64,000 bases of DNA from Zygnema circumcarinatum SAG 698-1b (taxonomy: Eukaryota > Plantae > Zygnematophyceae). The position numbers and the translations under genes were made by a program. Where the stretch lies: contig CM074811.1 of NCBI GenBank assembly GCA_037447605.1, forward strand, positions 1,922,001-1,986,000, written 5' to 3'. The notes under the pieces were generated by a model, which searched no databases, was not told the DNA's origin, and was given only the letters and a program-made list of their open reading frames with translations. Positions 1 through 10,800 of the stretch are shown one piece after another (position 1 is the stretch's first letter; each line of letters begins with the position of its first letter).

Positions 1-1088
1 TCCGTATACTCTTTCTTCAGAGTCACGTTCCAGTGGTTCTGCGAGGAAAGGGAGAGCAGCTCGACGCTCAGCACAGCCGCCATGGAAGAATGAGAGAAGC
101 AAGGGCGGAGGGAGAGGAAGGGAGGGGGAGGGAGAGGGAGGAGGGACCTTGATGGCGCTGTCAGTGCGGCCCTGCAGCTGCTTGGCGATGAGGGACCACC
201 GCGGGCCGTGCTTCGCGTAGCCCAACACAATCACACGGTTCTCCGCCTCCTTGAACGTCTCCTTGTTCACCTGCATGCGAGAGGGAGACAATGAGAAGAG
301 GGAGACTGAGAGTGGGGAGAAGGTGAGGGAGAAAGAGACTGGGAGAGAGAGAGGAGGGGAGAGGGAGACCGTGTCTGTGAAGGGGAGGGGGACAGTGAGA
401 GGGAGCGGGAGGAAGAAGAGAGACGGTAGTATTGAGCATCAAACCTAAATGTAGGGAAGGAAACAATTTATGCAAGGGAGACTGTGAGAGGGAGAGGAAG
501 ACTGAGAGAAAGAGTGGGAGGGAGAGAGAGGGAGACGGTGAGGGCGAGATAGAGGGAAAGGGAGAGGGACGCTGGGAGAGGCCGAGTGAGACAAGGGAAG
601 TGGGAGACTGTGCGAGGGAGAGGGGAAGGAGCTGAGGGGGAGACAATGAAGGGAGGGGAGGAGATCTGGAAAAGAGAAGGACGGGGGTGCGGAGAAACGG
701 GCTGAAAGGCGCAGGACGGGGAAATGCATGTATGCGGTGCGCGCCCTTAGCCACCCTCTCCCACCCCCACGCAGCGAGCAGGAGCCTTGGAGAGGAGAAC
801 GCGGGAGGCCCTCTCAGCCCTACCTCCCTCCTTCCCTCCCTCCCTCCCCTCCTCCCTCCCTCCCTCCCTCCCTCTCCCTCTCGGGCAGGGCGGGCGGCCG
901 CGGGCGCGCACCTGCGGGTCGAGGTGGTTGACCCAGCGCAGGCGGCAGCTCTTGGCGGTGCGGCCCTGCAGGCCCTCCTGCGCGGCGAGGCGGCTCCAGT
1001 TCTTGGCGCCCATGCGCGCAACGAGGCGCCGCAGCGTCAGGTCCTCCTTCCGGCTCCATGGGCCCTTCACCTCCCCCGCCGCGCGCAT
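1..1088 (-). CDS. R2R3-MYB transcription factor (3' part runs off the window start)
   Basis: Exons 1088-912, 270-148, 38-<1, all GT-AG and in frame. Translation MRAAGEVKGPWSRKED...GRTAKSCRLRWVNHLDPQ|VNKETFKEAENRVIVLGYAKHGPRWSLIAKQLQGRTDSAIK|NHWNVTLKKEYT has the spaced Trp residues of R2 and R3 repeats. The ORF-track start at 1103 is TTG; the first ATG is 1088. Confidence 0.92.
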
Positions 1089-1101
1089 CCTGCCCGCCTG
1101 C

Positions 1102-1146
1102 AACCCTAACCCTAACCCTAATCCTAACCCCTGAACCCTAACCCCT
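1102..1146 (+). repeat. Interstitial telomere-like (AACCCT)n / (TTAGGG)n tract, ~7 units
   Basis: aaccct aaccct aaccct aatcct aacccct g aaccct aacccct, directly upstream of the MYB ATG. Confidence 0.9.
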
Positions 1147-1768
1147 CCGCGAGCGCTCCGGGCCCGCCATGCCGCCCCGCACGCCCGCCCGCGCGCGCGC
1201 CGTCAGCCCTACGTTCCGCCGCGGAGGGAGGGAGAGAGGGAGGGGAAGCGCTGCGGGGCGCCACGTGGCGCGGGCAACGGCCGGGGACGGGGGCTCTGGC
1301 GCGGGGCGGCGCGCGTGCAGGCGCCACGTGGCGGCGCGCGGGCGGGCGGGCGGCGCCGTACGGCCCGCGTTTGGGGCGGCCAATTGGCGCGCGGCGCGGG
1401 GGGCCGCCAGGTGGCGCCATCATTGTGGCGCCGCGCGGCTTGTCGTTTTGGAGCGCCCGCGTTTCACGCTGCCAATCGGGGGGCGGCACAGGGTTTCCGT
1501 ACGGAGGGGTCGTACGGCACAGCGCCGCGGTCGTACCACTTGCGGACAAGGCGGGACCGCCGCCTGGCGCCGCGTGCCGTACGAATTTTGGCAGCGGCGG
1601 GCAGAAAATAAAAAGAACGTCAGTTGCAGGGGAGCGGGCAGTGGAGAAAACATTGCTTTAAGTGAGAAAGGAAACGTTTCTCAGTGCGTCCGGGCAGGGG
1701 TCCTGAAAAGTCCTGGCGGGACTTGGCAGGCGGGCAGGAGGAGAATGCGGGGGAATATGGGAGAATAG

Positions 1769-2282
1769 TATAGATCCGTATTATACACTTCGAGGTTTAA
1801 TACAATGTATAATACAGTATTAATACAGTATTTTACATTGTATAAAACCCGAACGCAACTGTTAACATCCGTACAACCAGACATAGAGTGGTACGGAATT
1901 TCTGTACGAAAACTGTGTACGGGACTATACGGCCACACGTGTCACACGTGTGGCCTTTCACACGTGTTGAATTGCTGGTTGGCCAATAATCAATCTCTGT
2001 TCAATTAGCGAGAAATCAAAAGAAAATACGTTAAATACATATAAAATACACTGTATTTTTAAAATGGTGTATAATACGCATGTATTATACAGTGTATTAA
2101 TACACACAAACTTTCATTGAACTCGCGATGGCGAGGCCATCAAATTTACATGGATAAAGGCAAAATGTGGAACCACGAAGGACTGGTCACAAAGGACCGA
2201 AACACAATAAAACGAAGCTAGGAGCGGAAAACTACGCCTAGGCACGCGTTTAATACACGCGTTTGATACATACGGATCTATA
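1769..2282. mobile_element. Non-autonomous hAT-like element (514 bp)
   Basis: Perfect 13-bp TIR TATAGATCCGTAT (1769-1781) / ATACGGATCTATA (2270-2282). 8-bp TSD GAGAATAG at 1761-1768 and 2283-2290. Subterminal TAATAC/GTATTA repeats, no ORF. Short TA-starting TIR plus 8-bp TSD is the hAT signature. Confidence 0.85.
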
Positions 2283-4341
2283 GAGAATAGGGAATGGCCG
2301 TGTTGCGGGCACCTGCGGAAATTTTACTTGTCGTGAATACTTTTCAAAGAAATTCAGCGAGGGTAGAAATGTTCCCTCTGCCCGCTGCCCCAAATAACTT
2401 TTCTCGCCTTCCCTTCAAGTACGGTCCAGTGACTCCACACGTGTGTCGCGGAAACGCCGGATCCTTGTACGGTCTTGAATTATCCACATCTTTTTCCTTT
2501 TTTTCAGGACCGTGCGGCACAAAACCGTTTCTCCCTCGGAAAAACAGACAAGGAATGTCTTCCCCTGCCCGGGCGGCCGCGGCGCGCTGGCCGGCCAAGA
2601 TCCCTCCTCGGCCCGCCGTTGACTGCCCGCGCGCGGCCCTGCCCCCGCTCCGCCGGGCGGCCAAAAAAAGTCCGCCGCTGCCCGGCCGCCCGCCCGGCTG
2701 CCACTTGCAGGCGAAACGGCTCCTCCGCAGCCGTACGACGCCGTAATGTCTCCTGGCGCGACGCGGCCAGCGCGGCTCCCCTAGTGGCCGGGCGGGCCGG
2801 TCTCTGCGCGCCACCTGGCGCCCCCGCGCAATTCGCGCCGCGGCAGGCGTACGGCTGGGTCCGCCAGCTGGCTCCGTACGGATCCTAGCCCCCGCGTAGG
2901 GCTGAGCCCCCCCCCGCCGCATCCTTCCACGCCGTTACGTCTGACCGCCGCCGTCCAGTGGCTGCGCGACACGCGGCACTTTCGTACGAACGGGCGGGCG
3001 GGCCTGTCGGTCCGCTGACAGGCGGGCCCTGCCCGGCGAGGGACCGGCGGGGTCGGGCGGACGGACCGGCCTCGCACGTGCGGGATCCGCGATCGCGGGC
3101 GATGTGGCCGCCATGTGTCGGGGCGCCCATTGAAGGATGGGGGGATCGCGCGGCTGCCATGCGCCCGCCCGCCCGCCCACCCGGCATGGTATGGCATGGC
3201 ATGGCATCTATGATTGATGGGGATCATGGGGGCCGCCCGCACCTGCCGGCGTTGTCGGGAAGGGAGGCTGCAGCAGGGGGCGGACGGAATGATGATGACG
3301 GGGCCGTGTCGACGAGCGCAATGGGGGCATCCAACTGCGCTCGGATGTGAAACCACGAGTGGCCCGGCCGGTTACTTCACTACCAGCTGTTGCTGGACGG
3401 TGAAGGCCGCAGTTTTTAAGAAACGGAAAAAAGAAAGGTGAAGCTTAAGCTTCAATGAGGGCAGACTCTGTTGCCTTGAAGATCTCCGAGCATCGTCTTG
3501 CTTGTTGAGGCAAGGCGTTTTCAGCTTACAAGGGGGGCGCAAGTGAACTGCGAGGGGTTGATTCGTGGGAGCGGGCTGTTCTCCATTAGGGGCTGTCAGT
3601 CGTAGAAAGACACCATAGGACATGAAGTCAAGATCCGCACATACTGCTTCTCAGTGAAGGTCAAAAGCATAATGCGGTTTCTGATATCAAATACATAACG
3701 CTAACCCCCTATTAAGCCCTCAGGTTACGTGTGAGTTCAAGCCGCCACGTATGCGCGCGGACTGGCCACATCTCTATTAAATTCGATGATGACTCATTAT
3801 TTTCACGAATGAAAAAACGCCACGTGTGATTGCCACGTCGCTCAAATTAGTTCGAAATTAGTTGGAGGCACGCATGCGCGCATGGAACTGGAAGGTGACG
3901 ACACAAGGCAACGCGTGGACACCGCTCATTGGCAGCTGGCCGTTCGGCGCAACTGGAGACTTGTAGGCCGCCTCAACCGACTTCAGTCAACGAAACACAT
4001 GCCACGTGGCAATTGTCGGTGCAGCCACGTCAACAATAGTTGAATACCTTACTACAAAAACATGTCCATGTTAAAGCGACTACCGCCGCAACCTCAATGA
4101 ATTATACCTCAACCTTGAACTCACAACCCAGCAGTGCTCCCTCCAGCAAAACCGACACCAAACTTTCTAATCTGATTCCGCCACTTGTGTGCTTCAGCCA
4201 CCTGAATTGCGTGAGAAACAAGCTCCGCCCAAAACGCAGAATGCGGAGGGCGGTTTCCCTCACTGCTTCACAAAAGAGAGCGCAGCAGAGGGCCCACCCC
4301 CTCCCTCCCTGCTCAAGCTGCCGTCCGACCGTCCGATCAGA

Positions 4342-6902
4342 TTAGATCCGATCAGATCCGACCGCTCCTCCTTGCGGCGCGTGCAGCTCGACGGTCCAGA
4401 GGAGGTCCGCGTCGCTCCGTACGGTCACCTCGCGGCCGGTGAGGCGGTTGGAGGTGCTCACGAGGGCGCCAAAGCGCATGGCATGGCCGCCTGCCAGCCG
4501 CCCAGAAACCACGAGCAGGGAGGGAGAGGCTTTAGGGCAGGCCGGAAGGCTTCTATACAGGCATAGCCAAGGGAAGGGGCTTCTGCATTCGTTAAGTTAC
4601 ATGCATCGGAGATGAAAACGTTTTTGTCATAGGCAATCTACGGAAGCCAACACCCAATGACTTCCATAAACTGAGCCTGCTATTCAACCTTCGGACTTGC
4701 CCCAACAACATTGATACTTAGGAAATTGAAGTTCCATGTACGGAGGGAGACATGCAGAACCGAACAGGAGAAGTGACAAGGAGAGAGACAACATGATATG
4801 AAACTCGGCGATTTCTTGGAAGTGTTTAACTCACTCAGATTCCATTGCAGGCCTGTAGTGGTGGAGCTCGCTGAGGGCTCGCCCAGCGGAATGAGCGCAC
4901 AGTGTGGGCCCTCCCACTCCAAATTGGGTCTGATCAGGTGTTCAAAGCCAGCTTGTAACAGGAAAATCAAGTTTTCACTGCCCACTAAAATGAGTTGTAG
5001 ATGAGAGAAGCGGTAGAGCGCATTATAGTTTGCAAACTCATGATCCACTCGGCCCCCCAAAGCTCCAACAACAATAATTTTCCACTGCGCTCGAGAAAAA
5101 TGAAAGGAGAGAAGATCAGCATACAGGTGTCAGAAACGCTTAAAATCAGGGCTGGGGAATAGCCTGTAAATGATCGGCCGTAGGTTTTTGCTTTCAAAAA
5201 GTCAGAAGAGGCAATTAGATTGAAGACAGTACATCACCTCAGGGTTCAGGGTTAAGCAAATGACCCACGTGGGCAGTATCCAACTCTGGAGTGTTGTTCT
5301 CTATAAAAACGATGCATTTATCAAGATCAGTGCTGTCCTGGTCTTCTGACAGATCTATGATGACCGAGCCCTGCAACCAAACCAATAGTCTCGCAGTCAA
5401 TGCCGCAGTCAACGCAACGGTGTTTTCCACCCCATAGCACATAAACAAACTGCAGACGGCCGGGAATATTTTTCCCAAAATTGGAACTAAGCACAGCTTG
5501 TCCCCTTTCGTTGTTTCTGGCATTACTACAACACGAATGAACATCTTTGAATGGTAGATACACACTCAAAATTTGTGTGCTGCTGAACCTTACTAGCTTG
5601 GAGTAATACTCCCTTATCTCAGACCGGATTGAATCTAAGTCTCCTATGATTACATCTGGTACAAACCTGCGCAGCAAAAGTTGATTGCAAAATTCCAATT
5701 AGATATCTACGAAAGCAAGCACTTTATGTGCACGCTTGATAAACTCGACAAAGGCTTCCAGAAAGGTTCACTTAAACCCCCTTGGCAACTTGGAAATTGA
5801 CTAGGTTTAGCAGAAAGATTCTTCACTTATCCTGCTTGACAAGAGTGAATGCCCCAACGCTGTTGTCACATCGCAACGCGTTTAAGAAGTCACAAGTTTC
5901 TAAAAGCTTGAACCTGATATGTGCTTCATATCCAAAAAGGGTATAAAGATTGCCCTCTCCTTATATAAAGAATGTCATTAATGCGAGAAGTCTGTTACTC
6001 TAAATTGCGTATCCACCCAGTTGCCCAACCCATCCCAAGCTTATTCAAAATCTTAAGCACGTCGTTCGGAGCCATTAAGATGCTTTAGGCTAGTACAACC
6101 GCCTAATTGAGGAAATCATCTATGACGAACTTGGTAGGGCCACTTGCTAGACAACAAATTTCCTCACGAACTAAAACCCAAATGTCCTGTCAACTGCCCT
6201 TGGTGAGAATGTCATGTATGGCACATAAATACATGCAAAGGCGGGTAATTTTAAGTTCATCAAAGTAACGACAGTAACTGAGATGCACGCCACCAACACA
6301 AAGAAAGTACCGAAGCTATGCAGTAGACATTGCGCCATGAAGCCAATCTATGGGTTTCTTATTGGAGGAAACAAACAAGATATTGCAGCTGTAAGGTCTG
6401 AAGTGGGGAGGGCTTGCAGATAGTGGTACTCAGAAATCTGCTGACTTGATGTGCTGTAAGAGTCTAATTATTGAGTCCACATTCAATCAATTTTTTATTT
6501 TAAATTAGTGCCATCCTGCTGGCACGAGCTCTCAACAACTGTTTTCTCCTTACCTGCGTCGAACAGATTCCGGCTCTTCTTGAGGGAAGAGGAGTGGAAG
6601 CTCGTCAAACATACGGTTGGCGCCTCCATCGGCACAAACTCGAAGCCGTTCTGCTGCACATGACAGAAGGGTCGTCAGGATCGCATGACGACATTGTTCT
6701 CACATTTACATCAATGCAAAGAAAGAAAAGAAGAAGAGCAGAATCTCGTTATCGTGGACTCACGTAGGCGCCATAGCATAGGAAAGAATGTTGGCAGTGT
6801 GTAATTTAGGACTATAAGCACAAAACTGTGGCTGCAATTCTGCAGGTCCGCCTCCCTGCTGAACAAGAAATCGGTAACGTGCTCTCGTTGTTTCTGAGCC
6901 AT
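4342..6902 (-). CDS. TPK1: Thiamine pyrophosphokinase
   Basis: 6 exons: 6902-6764, 6653-6554, 5666-5594, 5370-5269, 5084-4835, 4490-4342; phases consistent. Motifs VCADGGANR, GDLDSIR, DQDSTDLDKC, GGRVDHE, GLQWNL, MRFGALVSTSN. Confidence 0.95.
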
Positions 6903-7207
6903 CTGGTGCGAGCTCAATATCCCTTTCACATCCACACAAGAAACGCTCCCACTTCACCGCAATCAGTCCACTCAGTCGCTTCCAATTTTCTGAGATAGTC
7001 CAGAATTTCACCACATTTCAGCAACACATGCTCCTTTTGAGACCTCGCCATGCGTCAACCACCTCCTTCAGACCATCATCATTCCTCCAATGTTTCCACC
7101 AATACCTTCAATAAAATTCTCCGCATCGCCGCAGCAGCTCCGTTTGCACTTGCGCACGCCTCCCACTCCGCCCTGCGCTTAGAGCCCCCCTGGGTTCTCG
7201 AAATCCG

Positions 7208-7340
7208 ACGTGGCACCTCGTGACACTTAACCAATGAACTGCCGTTCGAACACGTGTAACGTAGTTCAACTATCGCTGTCGACCAATAGGAGCCTGCAGA
7301 ATTACCGACGTGGCGCCTACGTGGCACCTACGTGGTGCTG
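7208..7340. promoter_or_regulatory. ABRE/G-box (ACGTGG) cluster upstream of TPK1
   Basis: ACGTGG at 7208, 7308, 7319 and 7330 (three tandem 11-bp units) plus ACACGTGT at 7250, ~300-440 bp upstream of the TPK1 ATG. Confidence 0.5.
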
Positions 7341-7895
7341 ATTTAAGCTGCTTAACTATGCTGCTAAATTGGAAAAAAAAATTGTGATGTACAGATATCG
7401 CGGAACAGCGACATGGAGACGCGAGCAATCTCGCGAATGGGCCTTTTGTTTGGGTCTGGGAGGTGAGGGAGGACATGCGGGGGACCCACCATCCCTTTTT
7501 GAAGCCGATGGGTGGGTACAGAAGTGTGCACTGAGGTCCATCATCATCATCATCACCTTCATGTATGCTTCTAAAGAGAGGGCTGGCATGCTCGTCCACA
7601 AATGCTCTTGTTTCAGATGCCTGGTCTGCCCGAGCCTTCTTCCGGCATGCACTCACTCTGCCATCTTATTATCCCCGACTTAACATCAGGCCATGATTCT
7701 GCATCTTGGTGTCAATCTGAGCTTGGGACAAGGGTGCATGCTGCCTGAAGCCACAACTGCGATTCCAATGCACGCAAGGAAACTCGGCGAGATGAGAAGT
7801 GAGGGCCAACGAAATTCATTAGAAAAGCCTTTGGTTCTGCCCTTGGGCTCCTCACAAAAGATGCGGCTGCTCTACTGTCCAAAACCCAAGTAAAA

Positions 7896-10800
7896 TCACA
7901 ACCGGATTTCATACGATCCCGCGCGGGTAATGTACCGCACCCACTCCACAGTGCTGTAGCCGCTCTTCTCCCATACCTGCAAGGGCCCGCCCTCCTATTC
8001 AGACAAGGGACCAGACCTCCTGCACCACCCATACCTAAAGCTAAAAAGAATAACTGCTGTCAGCCATCTCATCTGGAAAGGAAGGTCACTCGCTGCCGAA
8101 GCGAGTTGCAAACCACAAGAAACGTACAGCAAGTCCTTACCTTAAGAAAGCGAACCCGTAGACCTGATGCAGTGAACATTGGCACCTGCGCCACGTTCGA
8201 AGGAGTATTTAGAGACAAAACAGATTATGCACCTCTAGAAAGACAAGAACAGGGTCCTACCTAGCCTTCTTTAGCGTGGCGAGCGATCTATTGTTAGAAC
8301 TCACCATCCTTCCAATCATCTGGTGACTTAGAACATGTTAAGAATTTGGTCTTGCTGAGAGATAGAAAGGAAGTGAAAAAGAAGAAAACTCTTAATACAG
8401 CTCACAGTGCGTCGAGAGGAGCCAAGAAGCTGGTACACTTTGCTAAGTGGCTTCCCGTGAGACTTTTCCTCACCTGAAACTCCATTTGGATTGGCGGACG
8501 TGCACTGTTTTTCTTGTCTGTTGTTGTGGAGATGAGCTCCACTTCAGCACTCATTGTCAGCTCCGTTTGGCCAGGGAACTTTTTAATCCTGCATTCACCA
8601 CCAATCAAGAGAATCAACCTTCCGTTAGGCCCAGAGACAGTGTCATCAACACAAAAGAACGCATCTTGGATGGGAGAATAAAAGGAACATTGACGCACGA
8701 GGACTGTATGATAAATCTGATATGACAAGGAGAACCCTTACTAGGCATAAGACCAAAAGTAAAATCAAGAAAAGGCAAGGCAAGGCAAAGCTGTTTCATA
8801 ACCTCTCCGAGCAATTGAGGACTCACTTCCAGACGAGTGCATCGAGTGCTGCGTTGTACTTCGCCCTTCCAGTTGTCACTTGAAAGGTTGCCTTTGCTGT
8901 ATACTTTGGGACAGGCACCTTAATTACTACACCAAGGGCAAACATTTTTGACCCAAAAACACTTTTAACCTGCAAGCCGAAAGCAGCACGACATCATTTC
9001 ATGTTAAAAGCGGATCTTTGCAGCCCTTTCTGCACCCAAGTTGATATATGCCCGCGGTGAAAAGGAGTTCCTGAGCTCAACAGATAGGAAACAAAGCCTC
9101 CATATAACCATCTCATTATTTCTACTCTCAAGTTAGTCTTGCTCTGCAAACAATGCAGTATTCATAGAAAACGGAGCACATTTGGCGGAGACAAGCACCT
9201 TGACATTCACTTCCAACCGCGTACGGCCCAACTCCTTGATGTTCGGCAAAACACGAAACGGCAGATTGATGCCCTCTGTTATGCGATACCTGAATAAGCA
9301 CACACAAAAAAGAAGCCGAGAAAAAAAATGAATGGGGAGTATTCCATCAAGAAATAATGCAAATACATGTTTCAACCATAGAAAAGTAAAAAATCTGCCA
9401 GGAACTCCCACCCCTTTGAAGCTGCTGGCAGCACAGAGGGCAGGCCCTATGCCGAGGGCTACTTTACTATGCAAGTTCCCACTTACTTCATGAGTTCAAA
9501 CTCGCCATCAGGTGGAACAAAGCTGACAGTTTTTTCAGCATTAAATCTCGTGAGGTTGACACATTGGTGGAATGTCACATCGTCAAGTTCAATGGTCTTG
9601 CCACTGCATTACCCAACCACCCAATTTTACAGCTGCCCAATAAGGTCAACACCAAGGACAGTAAGGACAGAAGACCACACAAGCGGTCAACTACTTCATT
9701 CAGTATTCGCAGGTCATGAAGTAGTTGAAATGGAGGGTTGTCGAAACCTCAAATAACTGGTCCGTTTAAGCAGCTGTCTTACCTTCTTGCAGAGCGAGAT
9801 TTGGCCTGTGCTTCCTTTTCCAGCCCAATCTTGTCATTCAAGCCAAGTTTTAAGTCCGGCATTCCTGACAAAAAGCACTTCATAAGAATCTTTCCTGTAA
9901 CGTCGCATCGCAGAATCGTACCTGCATCCTCCCACAAGATCTCCTTTCCCTGCTTATTCGCGTTGCTCACATAGGTTAAAGGCGAGTCGAGCTGATGTAT
10001 AAGGACCAATAACATTCAGTATCAGCTGCAGTGTATGGACTTATAAGCGCGCAGTATGCCGACTTAATCCAGATAGACGGTCAAGTAGCTCCGTGGCATA
10101 ACAGCCGAAAATCAAAAAACTGAACATATGATAAGCAGGAGAAAGCACGAAGGCTGATCCTAGCCTCATACAAAGAAAAGAACCTCTTTCAACCATTCAC
10201 GTAAGCATCATACAGCCAACAGTTCCCAGAAGGGTATTCTCGATTTAAACCTTTCCGACTTAAAAAAACAGGGTCCCAATGATATTGCACAGCATGCCCA
10301 CAATCTCAGTTTCAGATTTGACGTACTCGAGGACTTTGCCCCAGTCGTATGCTTACAAGCCATGCTGAAAGAATCCCCTTTTGCTCTTGCCGAGCATGTG
10401 CTCATAGAATCAGACAAAATGGTTAAAAAGAGGTGGAGCAAACCATACCATTTTGTGACATCAATAGGTTAACACTTTCCACGATGTCTAGGAAAACCTG
10501 CAAAATTGAGCAGGCATAAACCATGAGCTCATGAGTGGATCTTGTTTCTGAAGCAGAATAAATGGGGACAAACTGCAGCTATAAAAGTAATTTCCGTTTC
10601 AAATGCTTATACTATCTTTTTCTTTATTTAGGAGAACAGAAGGCAGGAAAATACAACTCCAATAACTAGATAGATAACCTAAAAACTACAAATCGCCAAG
10701 TTTAAGTGCTGTGCAGAACATCTATTCATGGGATGAGAAGGAGACACACCCTTCACAAGAACAAGGAAAAGAGATCAAAGTTTTGGAAAGCTTGACGAAG

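Noticed and set aside
161-1134. Several long Pro/Leu/Ser- or Gly/Arg/Glu-rich ORFs (161..1021, 432..635, 787..1134 etc.)
   Set aside because: Stop-poor frames produced by GA/CT tracts in MYB introns. The same applies to ORFs at 18879-19664, 24168-24545, 28225-28794 and 30127-30608.
2115-2220. Shared cassette as a functional small protein (LNSRWRGHQ...)
   Set aside because: One copy has an in-frame TGA, another lacks an adjacent ATG, and the ends differ. Retained only as a DNA/RNA module.
1124-3356. Cluster of 100-200-aa ORFs in GC-rich upstream DNA
   Set aside because: Overlapping in all frames, Arg/Ala/Pro/Gly-rich, with no domain signature; expected from high GC content.
3645-3730. Possible TPP riboswitch downstream of TPK1 (CTGAGA- and ACCTGA-like words on the minus strand)
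   Set aside because: The motifs are in the wrong order and the rest of the aptamer consensus is missing. A cmscan with RF00059 would settle it.
7270-7656. 128-aa minus-strand ORF with GPQCTLLYPPIG, faintly like TPK GPHCALIPLG
   Set aside because: Non-ATG start, contains a (GAT)n microsatellite, and shows no further similarity. Probably AP2M 3' UTR / TPK1 upstream sequence.
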